Below are positions 39,020 through 50,346 of a DNA stretch of 53,507 nt, one piece after another. A program made the position numbers and the translations under genes. The notes under the pieces were generated by a model that saw only the letters and a program-made list of their open reading frames with translations, did not search any database and was not told the DNA's origin. The DNA comes from a virus. Taxonomy: Duplodnaviria; Caudoviricetes. The stretch lies in the IMG/VR virus record IMGVR_UViG_3300028045_000021, positions 1-53,507 of that record, one strand, 5' to 3'. Numbering within the stretch: the first letter of the stretch is position 1; every line of letters starts with the position of its first letter.

Positions 39020-41817
39020 TTAAAAAACCTTATGAAATATTTTCTGAAATAGTCGATGGTTTGCGAACTATCGGAACTATTACCAATGTCGCACAAAATG
39101 CAGCAGGAAAATATCTTGTAACGGCCAGTAATTCATTTACTGTTAATGATGTTGCAACAATAACAAATAACAACAATGAAACATTTGAAGATTTATTAAT
39201 ATTCGAAGCTGATTCAACAAGTTTTATTATCGAGGTAGATATTAGTTTTGATAGTCAATATATTTATCAATACAAATCGAATGCGCCATACTTCATGCAC
39301 GAAGAAGAAGTAAAAGCATGTGATATTATAGCTCAGAAAAAAGGTAATTTACAATGGCAAAAATACCCTTTAGTATTATTATTTCATCCTTACAAAGAAA
39401 AATATCCTAGAAGTGAAGCTTATACAAATGTCCCCGAAGTTAAGATAGGGATAATAAACTATGCTACTGGCACTAATGCTGAGGGGGATAAAAATTCGGC
39501 TATTGAAAAGAATTCAGATCAGCGATATACTGATAATTTCATTCCTATTCTTGACCCTATTTTCGATGGGATTATTGCAGGAATAATAAATCATGCTGAT
39601 GTACCTATTTATGTAGATACTGATTTAGATTATAGCAACATGGATAAGTTGCTATTAAATGAAAATCCATTACCTGATTTGCTCGATGGGAAACTATTAA
39701 ACATAAGCGATTTTAAAATAAAACGAAAATGCGTAGTGCCTGAAACGCAAAAATACACTTTAGCAACTAGCGTAGATGGTGGTATAGGTGGTGTAATAAC
39801 TCCAGCAACAGGACAGAGATTAGCGGGGGAAGTTGTAAGGGTGTTTACTGCTCCTAATGTCGGCTATGAACGAGTAGAAAATACTATCAATGGAGCGCCA
39901 ACAACCGAGGCGTGGTTTGATTTGGCAATGAACTCAAATAATACTGTTATTGCTTATTTCAAAACAAAACTAAGTCAAATAGTAGGTAATATAACAGCTG
40001 TTGTTTTAGAAAAAACGCTACAGGAATTAAAAGAGTTTCCAAAATTTGGCATATATATCAGTAGTGGGTGGATAGATACTATAGCTTATAGCAGTAATAT
40101 TATAGCTGTTGAAGCTGGAGAATCAATTAATTACGGTTTGCGTTTGCCATTCTCAGCTTTTAATTTAGTAACTTTCACAGACGGTACTGATACTGGTACA
40201 GCAAACATTATAAGTGTAGTTTCATCGTCTGATGTAGGATCAGGCACAACACAAATAGGAACGGCTATTGTACCAGCAGGAGCTACACATGCCTTTATAG
40301 GCACTCAAACGAATCTAATACCTAATAGTTATTATACTTATAGCGCAAGAAGTTTGTTTTATGATGTTGTAACTATACAAACAATCACAGTTGATATTAA
40401 TGGAGTTGAAGATATACCTAATTTAGTCTTCACAGATATAGCAACTGCATTGACGTATGCTGATTACGGAACAGTTATTAATATAGCGGCAGGAGTTTAT
40501 GAAGAAAATAATTTACGACCTGTAAAAGGAGTATCCCTTATTGGTGCGGATAAAGATACTACCATTATACAGGGTTATTTACCAGAAGATTCAACAACGG
40601 CACTAGTAAACGCAACAAGTACGATTGACGCACATTACACAAGTAAATTACAAAATTTAACGATAACCGCTCAAAATATGCGCTATCCAGTACATTCGGA
40701 CGGCGGAACAGTTGAGAATACAATTGAGGCAGATAATTGCAAAATAATTCATTTAGGAAACTACGAACTTTGGAGTTATAGAGATACTAATAGCATACCA
40801 GCTCCAAACGATGCGGCTTCAACATTCAGGGCGATGTCTTGCTTTGGTAGTGGCACAAAAAGCGGGGATATTAAAATAATCAGAAATTCATATTTAGAAA
40901 GTCAATTAAGATGCCTTTCGACTCACAATTTGTCAGGGCAAACATCTACTAGTATAACAATATGGGAGGATAATGAAGTAATTTCTCATGGAATTGATGT
41001 TGATGGCAGCCAATTAGAATTTAATATACCTTATTATATTGAAAGTCAAGATTCGGGGCATAGCGATGTGGTTATAATTAACCGATGTACTGGTGGTGAT
41101 TACATATGCTATCTTGACACATTGGCACATCAAGTAATTACCAACGTTCAAAATCTTAAAACTATATACAATACTGCTGGAGCTGGATACTCGATAGTTG
41201 ACCAAATTGAAGATTGTGACCCTGAATTCTACGGTATAAATCAAAAAGGTATTACAAATTATCAAAATAATAGTGCAAGCACAATAGATAGAGGTAGCGC
41301 ATTAAAAGCAAGTGGTGATGGTGTTGAGTTAATGACGAGTTCTGATAGTGTAGATGATTTTCTAGGGGTTTCCTTACAAGATATTGCACCCACTGCCTAT
41401 GCTGATTGTATAACAAAAGGCTATCTATTAAGAAAATACATGTTAGGATTAGAGTCAACAACTATAAACGAAGGTGATGAAATAGGCGTTCAGACTGATG
41501 GTAGTTTTGATGTTGATACAGGTGTAATAGTTGCAACGGCTTCAACGGATGAAAATGTAATAATTAATAATACTGATATTGCAGAACCTTTATTTGTTGA
41601 TTCTATTTTTTACAATTGGGATGATGAAACAGAATTAGGCACTATTAATATTGATGATGCTGAGCAATTTGCAGTTAAAAATGGCAATGATTCGCCTGAT
41701 TTTTCAATTGATGAAGATACAGGCGTATTGACATTTGATAATACGCATGATTATGATAACCCTAATGATGTGAATATTGATAATATCTACAACGTTAAAA
41801 TATCAACATATATATAA
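39016..41817 (+). CDS. 933-aa multidomain structural protein (tail-completion-like N-terminus, beta-helix, cadherin-like C-terminus)
   Basis: KYPLVLL N-domain; VINIAAGVYEE..VSLIGADKDTTII beta-helix start; FSIDEDTGVLTF..DYDNP cadherin-like motif. Confidence 0.65.
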   Translation: MIKKPYEIFSEIVDGLRTIGTITNVAQNAAGKYLVTASNSFTVNDVATITNNNNETFEDLLIFEADSTSFIIEVDISFDSQYIYQYKSNAPYFMHEEEVKACDIIAQKKGNLQWQKYPLVLLFHPYKEKYPRSEAYTNVPEVKIGIINYATGTNAEGDKNSAIEKNSDQRYTDNFIPILDPIFDGIIAGIINHADVPIYVDTDLDYSNMDKLLLNENPLPDLLDGKLLNISDFKIKRKCVVPETQKYTLATSVDGGIGGVITPATGQRLAGEVVRVFTAPNVGYERVENTINGAPTTEAWFDLAMNSNNTVIAYFKTKLSQIVGNITAVVLEKTLQELKEFPKFGIYISSGWIDTIAYSSNIIAVEAGESINYGLRLPFSAFNLVTFTDGTDTGTANIISVVSSSDVGSGTTQIGTAIVPAGATHAFIGTQTNLIPNSYYTYSARSLFYDVVTIQTITVDINGVEDIPNLVFTDIATALTYADYGTVINIAAGVYEENNLRPVKGVSLIGADKDTTIIQGYLPEDSTTALVNATSTIDAHYTSKLQNLTITAQNMRYPVHSDGGTVENTIEADNCKIIHLGNYELWSYRDTNSIPAPNDAASTFRAMSCFGSGTKSGDIKIIRNSYLESQLRCLSTHNLSGQTSTSITIWEDNEVISHGIDVDGSQLEFNIPYYIESQDSGHSDVVIINRCTGGDYICYLDTLAHQVITNVQNLKTIYNTAGAGYSIVDQIEDCDPEFYGINQKGITNYQNNSASTIDRGSALKASGDGVELMTSSDSVDDFLGVSLQDIAPTAYADCITKGYLLRKYMLGLESTTINEGDEIGVQTDGSFDVDTGVIVATASTDENVIINNTDIAEPLFVDSIFYNWDDETELGTINIDDAEQFAVKNGNDSPDFSIDEDTGVLTFDNTHDYDNPNDVNIDNIYNVKISTYI

Positions 41818-41847
41818 ACATTAACATAAACAAATAAATAAATAATT

Positions 41848-42747
41848 ATGAAAAGTTGTTCAAGTATTGTACCAAGCAGTAAGGCTTCGACAGCATGCCT
41901 GTTAGATGTCCCTACTAATTTGTTAATTACTAAGCCGACTTTTGAATTCGCTAATTATGTAGCCGCTGAGAATAGCGAAAACTATAGAATAGGGATTCAA
42001 GAGGGGGCAACGATTAACGCATTAACAATGTATCCTACACTACCTATGCGTAGCGTAGCAGTAACAAAACCAGCACCTAATAACGAAACTGATGGCTCAG
42101 GTGCACAAACAGGGACATTTTTACCCCCGGGGAGTGCGATTGTTGATCTAAAAGTGTCAGCGTGTGACTTTAAAGAAATGCTTACTTCAATGCAGGGTGG
42201 TATTTACCGTACGTTTATTGGCTTAGGTGCTAATAAATTAATGGGTACAATGAAGCCTAATGGAGTTATCAGAGGTTTTACGGGTCAAATTATAGCCAAT
42301 CCTATCGGATTCCCAACGAAGGATGCTAAGTTAACAGAAATGCAATTGCATATTAATTTCGAAGATGTTGAAGAGTTTAATAATTTTGTTATTATTGAAT
42401 TGCCAATTGCTTTAAGTGAATTAACTGAGTTTACGGCTTTAGGATTGAATGCGATGGTTAAAACTCCACTTGCAGCAAGTGATATGACTGTAAAAGTTAA
42501 TCAAAGATGTACTGATACTCTGGAAAGTGAAGTATTAACAGCTGAGATTGTAAGCACTAATATTACTGATACCCCTGACGTAGCTGTAGGAGTGGCTAGT
42601 AATGGTGAGTATATTATTACCCTACAAAAAAGTGCAACCCCCGAAGATTTAGTAGCAGGTGATTATATCAACTATATATTAGTTACTAAAACTACTAATG
42701 TATATGATAAAGTTAGTAACGTAATCGAAGGTCGTTTGTGGCCATAA
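41848..42747 (+). CDS. Major tail (tube) protein, putative
   Basis: 299 aa, Thr/Gly-rich, between the connector and chaperone/TMP genes. Confidence 0.65.
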   Translation: MKSCSSIVPSSKASTACLLDVPTNLLITKPTFEFANYVAAENSENYRIGIQEGATINALTMYPTLPMRSVAVTKPAPNNETDGSGAQTGTFLPPGSAIVDLKVSACDFKEMLTSMQGGIYRTFIGLGANKLMGTMKPNGVIRGFTGQIIANPIGFPTKDAKLTEMQLHINFEDVEEFNNFVIIELPIALSELTEFTALGLNAMVKTPLAASDMTVKVNQRCTDTLESEVLTAEIVSTNITDTPDVAVGVASNGEYIITLQKSATPEDLVAGDYINYILVTKTTNVYDKVSNVIEGRLWP

Positions 42748-42758
42748 TGTAATTTAAA

Positions 42759-43963
42759 ATGGAAAAGAAAACCGTAAAGAAAAATATAGATATTTCAAAA
42801 GTATCTATATCCGCAGTAAGATTTTCTATGAAAGAATCTGATTTTATTGAGTGGTGCAAAAAGCATGGGTTTACTGGTAAAGTATCCGAGTGTTGGAAAA
42901 AGAATCAGAAAGAATCTGGGAAAGTAGAAAAAGCTACCAAGTAAATAATTAAAAAAATGCGGGTTAGTGATAAGCCGCATTTTTACTATATGATTAGCAA
43001 AAGTTCAAATATTGCAAGAATAAGTAAAGCGTTAAGGAAGTATGATTTAAAAAAAGAGACTGCCAAGATAGTAAAGAATAGTACTGAATTAAGGCAAATA
43101 CTTTTAGATCAAATGAGGTTAACGGAGGGAATAGACAAGTGGGAATATTCAAGCGGAGAATATAAAGAGTATAAAAGAAACCTTGCAAGTTATATAGGTA
43201 AGTTTCCGAGAGTCGATTTGTTTAATACTGGCAAATTTCAGCGTGGAATATTTGCAAAAACAACGGGTTCTAATTGGTTTTTTACTAGTCGAGATTCGAA
43301 AACAGATGAACTCACAAGCATATACGGTGAAAAAATATTTGATTACAATGATGAAAACATGACTGTAGCTATTGGAATAGTGCAGAGACAACATAAAAAA
43401 AACATAACATCAATATTTAAACAATGATATTTTACAACGAAATAAACACCCGAGTAGAAAAGTTTAGCCAGATCATTAAAGACGATTGGTATGTTTGTAA
43501 AATTCCTATGTTTAAATTTATTCGAATTAAGAAAAAGAAAGCCTTAACGTCTGCTTATAATATAATAATGAATAAAGAGGGCGAAGAAAAAAGCCTTAAT
43601 GATGACTATTATACTATGTCTCTTTATGTTAGAATATTATTATTTGAAACTTTGTTGAGATCATTATTATTTGAACCAAATGAAGAAAGTAGAGAATTAT
43701 TTAAACAGCATTTTCATAGAGATTACGTTGGAGAATTAAGTAATAAAATAATTAAATCCAAAATAGATAGGTTAAAAGTGCAATATGCAGTAGTTCAAAG
43801 TGACCAATCAAAAGAGCCGTTTGATTTTGATGTTTTTATTCGCAACATATCAACAATTTTAAAAGCGGATATAAGTAGAGTATTTATATACCAATTACCT
43901 ATGGAGGTAAATAAAGCAATGGAGATAATAGAACAAGAATCTAACCAAAATAATCAAGCTTAA
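42759..43963 (+). other. Three tail-assembly CDS (42759-42944; 42990-43427 neck/tail-completion-like; 43424-43963 chaperone-like)
   Basis: Position; the VDLFNTGKF motif is typical of virion morphogenesis proteins. Confidence 0.55.
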
Positions 43964-43964
43964 T

Positions 43965-46900
43965 ATGCCAGAATTAGATAAATTATATAGCTCAGAATTT
44001 GAGCAGCAATTCAAAACATTATTAACTGGATTTAATAAGCTTAATACCGACTTATCGTCAACAGCTAAGGGATTAAGTAAATTAGATACAAGTCTTAAAG
44101 GTGTAACTAAATCAAGAGAAAATCTAAATAAAACCGCTATTGATGCCGAAAAGCTAAAACAAGAGGCGGCCAAAACTGATAATTTATTAATAAAAAAGGA
44201 GCAAGAAATTACTAAAGCTAAAGCTTTACACCTTAAAAAAATTCAAGAAATTAAAAAAGCTCGACAAGAGCAATTGAAAATACAAAAACAAAAGCTAGAT
44301 ATTGACATAAAAGAAAAGAAAGAAGTTGAAAGATTAACAAAGGCAAAAGAAAGAGAAACGGCACAGGCTAAAAAAGCAACTGAGGCGGCAAAAAAACAAA
44401 ATAGAGCTTATGTTCAATTAAGCCAAAAATATACATTAGCGGCAAATAAAGCTAAAGATTTGGCTGTACAGTATGGTGTCAATTCGAAACAAGCAAGGAG
44501 AGCAGCCAAAGAGGCTAGAAAATACGGCAATCAATTAAAGAAAATAGATGCTAGAGTAGGGCAACATAGCAGAAGTGTTGGGGGTTATTTCAAATCAATG
44601 CTAAAAGGAGCAGTCGCTCTAGGTGCTGGATATTTAGGAGTTCAATCTGTTATTCGATTATTCGGTAGTTCAATTAAAACAATTGCAGGATTCGAGGCCT
44701 CTATGGATAAGGTTAAAGCAGTTTCTGGAGCTACAGGAAATGAATTCAAAGCACTCGTAGAAAACGCAAAATTATTAGGGCAAACTACGTCACGTAGTGC
44801 ACAGCAGGTCAGTGGGTTACAGCTCGAATTTTCAAAATTGGGATTCAGTACAAAGGAGATACTGCAAGCTACAGAAGCGACAATAAGTCTATCAATTGCA
44901 GCGGGTTCAGACCTTGCGGAATCAGCAGTAGTTGCAGCTTCAACAGTTAGAGGATTTGGATTATCAGCGAAAGAAACACAGCGGATAGTTGATGTGATGG
45001 CTAAATCGTTTAGTTCGTCAGCTTTAGACTTAGAAAAGTTCAAGACTACAATGGCGATTGTCGCACCTGTTGCAAAATCAGCAGGTAAAGATATTGAATT
45101 TGTAACTGCTCAAATGTCTGTTCTTTCAGATGCAGGTATTGACGCAAGCACTTCGGGTACTTCGTTAAGAAATATGTTTCTTGAATTGACTAAAAAAGGG
45201 CTAACATGGGAAGAGGGATTACAGAAAATAAACGATTCTACCAATAAAGCAAAAACAGGCTTAGAATTATTTGGAAAAAGAGGAGTAACAGCAGCTTTAG
45301 TATTGGCCGAAAATATAGATAAAGCAGAAGGATTAGAAAAAAGTTACGATAGAGCCGCTGGATCAGCTAAGAAAATGGCTCGAATAATGGAAGATAACCT
45401 ATTAGGTGATACCAAAAAACTATCAAGTGCATGGGAAGGATGGATATTAAATAGCAATACAGGAATAATAAAATTAGGTCGATCGTTAGTTCAATTTGCA
45501 ACAAAAACACTAGGATTATTAAATGATAAAACAGAAGAAAGAATAGACTTAACAAAACTTGATAATAGGGAAATGAATTTATCCTTTAACGCATTAAAGG
45601 ACGTAAATCTATCCCAAGAAGCAAGAATAATGTTAATAGGTGAAATAAATACAGAATATGGTGAGTACCTTCCTAATTTATTAAATGAAAAAAGCTCGAT
45701 TGATGATATTACTAAAGCGCAAGAAGCAGCGAATAAACAATTTAGAGTTAAAATAATACAACAAGCATTTGAAGAGGAAATGACGGAAGTCATAAAAAAA
45801 GAAACACAAGCTTATGAAGAGCTTGCAGTGGCTCAGATAGATAATGCAAAAACTTCGCAGGAAATAATATTCGCAACCGATGCAGCCGAGTTGGCTGGGC
45901 TTGAACGGGATATAAGAGGTGCTAAATTAAGGGAGGATTTTAGCAAAACAGTAATAGACAATAATGAAAAGGAAGTAGAAAATACTAGAGATAAATTTAA
46001 AAAAATAGCCGAGCTATACAATATTGCATTTAGTGAGATAGAAAAAGTATTGAATAGTAGTGCGGCTGTAGAAGAAAAAGTAATTGATGAAAAAGCAAAA
46101 AAACAAAAAGAAAAAGTAACAGGACTTTCGAAAGAAAGAATGTCACAAATAAGAGCCGAGGCTCGGGAAAATCTTGAAATAAATGAAATGGTTCAAGATT
46201 CAGTTGATGAAACGAATGACAAACTAGAGGAGGCATATCAACAAAACATTGATAATGAAAAAAAATTAACTCAGCTTAATAAAGAAGAGAAGGAACAGCG
46301 AATTGAAGATGATAAGGAATATGCACAATTAAAAAAGGATTTAAATCAAGAAATATTTAACCAAGGTGTAAATCTAGCAAATAACCTTTTTAGCTTACAA
46401 CAGGCTAAACTCAATGCAGAAGCATCTGAAATAGAAGATAATTTCGACAGGAGGATTGCAGCTGCTGAGGGCAATGACTCAGAACAAAAACGATTAGAAA
46501 GACAAAAAGCAGAGGCGTTATATTCGGTAGAATTACAATTAGCTAAAAGCCAAAAGCAACAAGCATTATTAAATATAGCAGTTAGTACAGCACAAGGGAT
46601 AGCCTCTGCGTGGGCATCATCAGCCGCTTTTGGACCAGCTGGTCCAGCTATTGCAATAGGACTAACAGGGTTACTGGTCGCTAATGCAGCGGTTCAGGTA
46701 GCTACAATTAATGCTACTCCATTGCCAAAACCACCGCAATTTGATAAAGGTACTAAATCAGCTCCAACAGGTGGATTTATTGCGGGTGAAAAAAGAGGTG
46801 AATTCATGAGTCATAAAGGTAAATTATCATATGTCGATAAGCCTACATTTTTTGGCGATGAATATGCAGGTGCTGAAATTATAGGTGGCGCAAAATCAGC

Positions 46901-47117
46901 AAGAATAATTGACGATATGCAAAAACAAATGATGGGAGATTCATCGTTACAAGGGGGTTTTTCAGATACGAAACAAATGGAATCTAAATTAGATATGATT
47001 GTTAGTGCAATTGAACACAATACACCTAGTTTCAATATACATAAAAATGGAATGTTCGAAGTAACCAGACAAAGACATAAACAAATAATTCGTAATAGAA
47101 ATAAATTTCAAAGCTAA
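43965..47117 (+). CDS. Tape measure protein (TP901-type core)
   Basis: FEASMDKVKAVSGATG, LGQTT, DAGI.AS.SGT.LRN, MEDNLLGD..KLSSAWEG; long helical. Confidence 0.93.
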   Translation: MPELDKLYSSEFEQQFKTLLTGFNKLNTDLSSTAKGLSKLDTSLKGVTKSRENLNKTAIDAEKLKQEAAKTDNLLIKKEQEITKAKALHLKKIQEIKKARQEQLKIQKQKLDIDIKEKKEVERLTKAKERETAQAKKATEAAKKQNRAYVQLSQKYTLAANKAKDLAVQYGVNSKQARRAAKEARKYGNQLKKIDARVGQHSRSVGGYFKSMLKGAVALGAGYLGVQSVIRLFGSSIKTIAGFEASMDKVKAVSGATGNEFKALVENAKLLGQTTSRSAQQVSGLQLEFSKLGFSTKEILQATEATISLSIAAGSDLAESAVVAASTVRGFGLSAKETQRIVDVMAKSFSSSALDLEKFKTTMAIVAPVAKSAGKDIEFVTAQMSVLSDAGIDASTSGTSLRNMFLELTKKGLTWEEGLQKINDSTNKAKTGLELFGKRGVTAALVLAENIDKAEGLEKSYDRAAGSAKKMARIMEDNLLGDTKKLSSAWEGWILNSNTGIIKLGRSLVQFATKTLGLLNDKTEERIDLTKLDNREMNLSFNALKDVNLSQEARIMLIGEINTEYGEYLPNLLNEKSSIDDITKAQEAANKQFRVKIIQQAFEEEMTEVIKKETQAYEELAVAQIDNAKTSQEIIFATDAAELAGLERDIRGAKLREDFSKTVIDNNEKEVENTRDKFKKIAELYNIAFSEIEKVLNSSAAVEEKVIDEKAKKQKEKVTGLSKERMSQIRAEARENLEINEMVQDSVDETNDKLEEAYQQNIDNEKKLTQLNKEEKEQRIEDDKEYAQLKKDLNQEIFNQGVNLANNLFSLQQAKLNAEASEIEDNFDRRIAAAEGNDSEQKRLERQKAEALYSVELQLAKSQKQQALLNIAVSTAQGIASAWASSAAFGPAGPAIAIGLTGLLVANAAVQVATINATPLPKPPQFDKGTKSAPTGGFIAGEKRGEFMSHKGKLSYVDKPTFFGDEYAGAEIIGGAKSARIIDDMQKQMMGDSSLQGGFSDTKQMESKLDMIVSAIEHNTPSFNIHKNGMFEVTRQRHKQIIRNRNKFQS

Positions 47118-49399
47118 TGGGTGAGCTAAGCAAATACGATAATAAAGAATATAAAACTTGGAGATTTAGATTAATTTCATCTTTAGGGGATATTTTATTA
47201 GAAGTAAATCCCGTAGGATGGAATGAACTTGAATTAGTGTTAGAGCGGAATAAATTTTATGGTGGAGTATTTAGAACTTATTCAGCGGAGTTAGAGTATG
47301 TTTTTAACGGTTACGACACTTTGAAAAGCCTAATGAATACAGAGGGTATATTATCTGAATGTCAATTAAAAGTAAATAAAAGAGATGCTATATCGCAAAT
47401 AGATACAGAGGTATTTAGTTCTAAAATAGACTTTACCCAATACACAGAATCTACAGCTAATAAAAGAGGAATCAAAGTTCCATTAGTAGACGATACCTTT
47501 TTAGAAAAATTAAAAAATCGTGAAGATATAGATGTCCCATACGATAGAGCAGGGGATTTAGACGGAAATACCGAAGATTTAGACGGAAATGCTATTACAG
47601 CAGGAGTATATACAGATGTAGAGATACTTGGACGTGAATTTGGAAGTGAAGCTGTAGGTGATGTTTATCAAGAAGTTGGAGAAGGTGATCCAAGTAATAT
47701 TTATAATTTACAACAAGGTGTACCAAATTATTATATTGGCATTCCGAGCGTAGTATTTCCACATATTGAATTATTACCTAATTTTCAGAACGTAACAAAA
47801 TCCGTGTCAGCAAGTGGATTTAACGAAAGAGGTCCAGAAGCATGCTTTTACTACACAGGCAATACTATAGCTACAGTCGAAATAAATATACAGTATGCAA
47901 TATCTGGAGATGGGTACTCATCGTTTCTTAAATTTTACAAAATACTATATAATCAAGATGGTACTATCGATAGTTGGACTATTGAAGAAAGCATAGATAC
48001 TTATGCGAATGTAGATGGCATAATATCAAAACAATACGATTTGCCTAAATATACTGGATTGCACCTATATTTTAGTAGACCAACATTAGGCACTGGTACA
48101 ACTTTATTAGTAAGAAATGGATTTAAAATAAACATTAGAGATGTATCAAGCTTTGAACCGACTAATTGTAAAGTTGTTTTGCCACATGAAGTATTTGACC
48201 ATATGGCTACCGTGTTAACTGGTGAAACTGGTAGTTTTAGAAGTAAATATTTTGGCAGGATTGATTTAGGATATGATAAAGATGGAGAAGGGGCTTATAT
48301 TGCAACTACAAAAGGACTATTATTAAGAGGTTTCCCAATTGGATATATAGAAGAAGAGCCAGAGGATCAAGAACTTTCTGAAAGAGTATCGCAATTATCT
48401 TATAGATGGAAAGAATTATTTGAATCATATTACAAAATCAAAAATGTAAGCATGCAAGTAGTTTTAGAAAATGGTAAATATATTATTGAAATAGAGAAAA
48501 CGGATGATTTATATAGCAGAAATGTAAGCAGAACAATAACAAGCAGTGAGATAGAAGAAAAGACATTTGAAAGAATCTTAGATATTAAAATGTTCGTATC
48601 TGAAATAGTAGTTGGCTATAATGCTCAACCAAACGATTTATTAGGAGGATTAGAAGAATATATAAATAAAGAAACATATTCTACAGATTTATCGAAAGTG
48701 GCGGAAAATAAATTAGAATTAATAAGTGCATATAGCGCTGCCAGTGTTGGGATTGAGCAGACGAGAAGAAGACCAAGCGGAGCAACATCTACAGAAGAGA
48801 CTATTTACGATAATCAAATATTTTTTATTGAACTTTGGAATGATGAAATTGAGGGTATAATTCAGCGTGATGAGCAGGGATTTAGCGAGGTGAACGGATT
48901 AGAAGGCTTAGATACGAAAATAAATTTAGGACTAACTCCTAAACAAATGTTATTAGCTCATTCTGATAAAATTAATATAGGATTAGCTAAATACCCTACT
49001 TCATTAGTCAAGTACAATACATCTGATAAAACAACTGATTTAAGTTTTAAATATGAAGGATCAAATAAACTAATAGTTGAAAATGGTAGCGAAACAGCCA
49101 GTAGTTTGGGAGTTCCAAGATTCACGGGATTTAGGTTGGTATTTTCTGCACCGATAGGATTTACTGAATTTATATCTTTAAGAGAAAATATAAATGAATT
49201 AATAGGTGTTGAGAGTGAATTAGATAATGAAGATGTATTCGGATGGGGTGAAAATATCAGTACTGATCCAGTAAATAAACCCACTAATTGGGAACTTTTA
49301 GAAGCAAATCCACCAACAATAGGGACTGTAAAGGTATTGGTAACTGGTGATGGTGCAGCAATAGTAACGGATAAAGATCAAGGTATAAATATTAGTTAA
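47117..49399 (+). CDS. Tail tip/hub structural protein
   Basis: 760 aa directly after the TMP; NPVGW..L...R...Y.GVF N-terminus. Confidence 0.65.
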   Translation: MGELSKYDNKEYKTWRFRLISSLGDILLEVNPVGWNELELVLERNKFYGGVFRTYSAELEYVFNGYDTLKSLMNTEGILSECQLKVNKRDAISQIDTEVFSSKIDFTQYTESTANKRGIKVPLVDDTFLEKLKNREDIDVPYDRAGDLDGNTEDLDGNAITAGVYTDVEILGREFGSEAVGDVYQEVGEGDPSNIYNLQQGVPNYYIGIPSVVFPHIELLPNFQNVTKSVSASGFNERGPEACFYYTGNTIATVEINIQYAISGDGYSSFLKFYKILYNQDGTIDSWTIEESIDTYANVDGIISKQYDLPKYTGLHLYFSRPTLGTGTTLLVRNGFKINIRDVSSFEPTNCKVVLPHEVFDHMATVLTGETGSFRSKYFGRIDLGYDKDGEGAYIATTKGLLLRGFPIGYIEEEPEDQELSERVSQLSYRWKELFESYYKIKNVSMQVVLENGKYIIEIEKTDDLYSRNVSRTITSSEIEEKTFERILDIKMFVSEIVVGYNAQPNDLLGGLEEYINKETYSTDLSKVAENKLELISAYSAASVGIEQTRRRPSGATSTEETIYDNQIFFIELWNDEIEGIIQRDEQGFSEVNGLEGLDTKINLGLTPKQMLLAHSDKINIGLAKYPTSLVKYNTSDKTTDLSFKYEGSNKLIVENGSETASSLGVPRFTGFRLVFSAPIGFTEFISLRENINELIGVESELDNEDVFGWGENISTDPVNKPTNWELLEANPPTIGTVKVLVTGDGAAIVTDKDQGINIS

Positions 49400-49429
49400 T
49401 TTATTCTAAATAAATAGTAACTTTGTATT

Positions 49430-50335
49430 ATGGCAGTAGGAGGAATATTTGAATTTATAAAAAGTAATAGTTTAAGATTTGTTAGGCGTGAATCTGCGAA
49501 TGATCCTCAAACTGACTTCAATAGATTGTATGGGGATTTTGAATATAAGAATAAATTATTCATTCCCTACAGTCAAAAGGTACAACAATCAGATGACTTG
49601 TGGTTTCAAATAAGAACAAATTATAATCAATTTACTTTTAACCTAATTGATTCAGACGGAAATGAAACAGCTTTAACTCATTCAGTAATACCGTCATCGG
49701 CTACTGAATTTTCATATTATCAAATTGATATAGATGTAACTAGTTTAGAAGGATGTTATAAAGTCACATCTGTGGCTGATCAAGATTCCGGCAAAGTTAT
49801 TAATAATTGGGATAGCAACTGGTTTGAGATAAAGACGGTTCATGATTACACTTTACTTTTAGAATGGGGTGGAAATAATGCCTATGATGATGGCATGATT
49901 TGGGCTGATAAAACACAAGAATTGAGAATTGAGGCGCAATTTTTAACAGACTTATCGTCTACAGAAAATACAACAATGAGGGATAGTGATAGTAATATTG
50001 CATTACTGAATTACAAGCCTCTTTATAAAAAATTGTTAGAAGTTTATAAAATGCCATTTGATATTGCTCATTTATTAAACAGAGCAGTTGGACATGATGT
50101 ATTTGTAATTAATGGATTAAGATTTAAAGCGAATACCGGCTTCGATTTTGGCGATAGGTTAGGAAATACACAAATGTACTTTCCTTCGATAGAATTGGAA
50201 TTAGTAGATTATGAAAATTATAATAAAGTAATAGAATTAGAAGGCGAATTTCCAATAGTAGCAGCAACAACAATTAAAGCTAGTACTGGAGTGTCGGTAA
50301 TGGCTAGTTTAGGAATAGGAATAAGAGCATCTTAA
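49430..50335 (+). CDS. Tail structural protein
   Basis: Position in the tail module. Confidence 0.6.
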   Translation: MAVGGIFEFIKSNSLRFVRRESANDPQTDFNRLYGDFEYKNKLFIPYSQKVQQSDDLWFQIRTNYNQFTFNLIDSDGNETALTHSVIPSSATEFSYYQIDIDVTSLEGCYKVTSVADQDSGKVINNWDSNWFEIKTVHDYTLLLEWGGNNAYDDGMIWADKTQELRIEAQFLTDLSSTENTTMRDSDSNIALLNYKPLYKKLLEVYKMPFDIAHLLNRAVGHDVFVINGLRFKANTGFDFGDRLGNTQMYFPSIELELVDYENYNKVIELEGEFPIVAATTIKASTGVSVMASLGIGIRAS

Positions 50336-50346
50336 AAAATAAAATT

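Noticed and set aside
42759-43963. Programmed frameshift in tail chaperone genes
   Set aside because: No convincing slippery site linking the frames, and each ORF has its own start.
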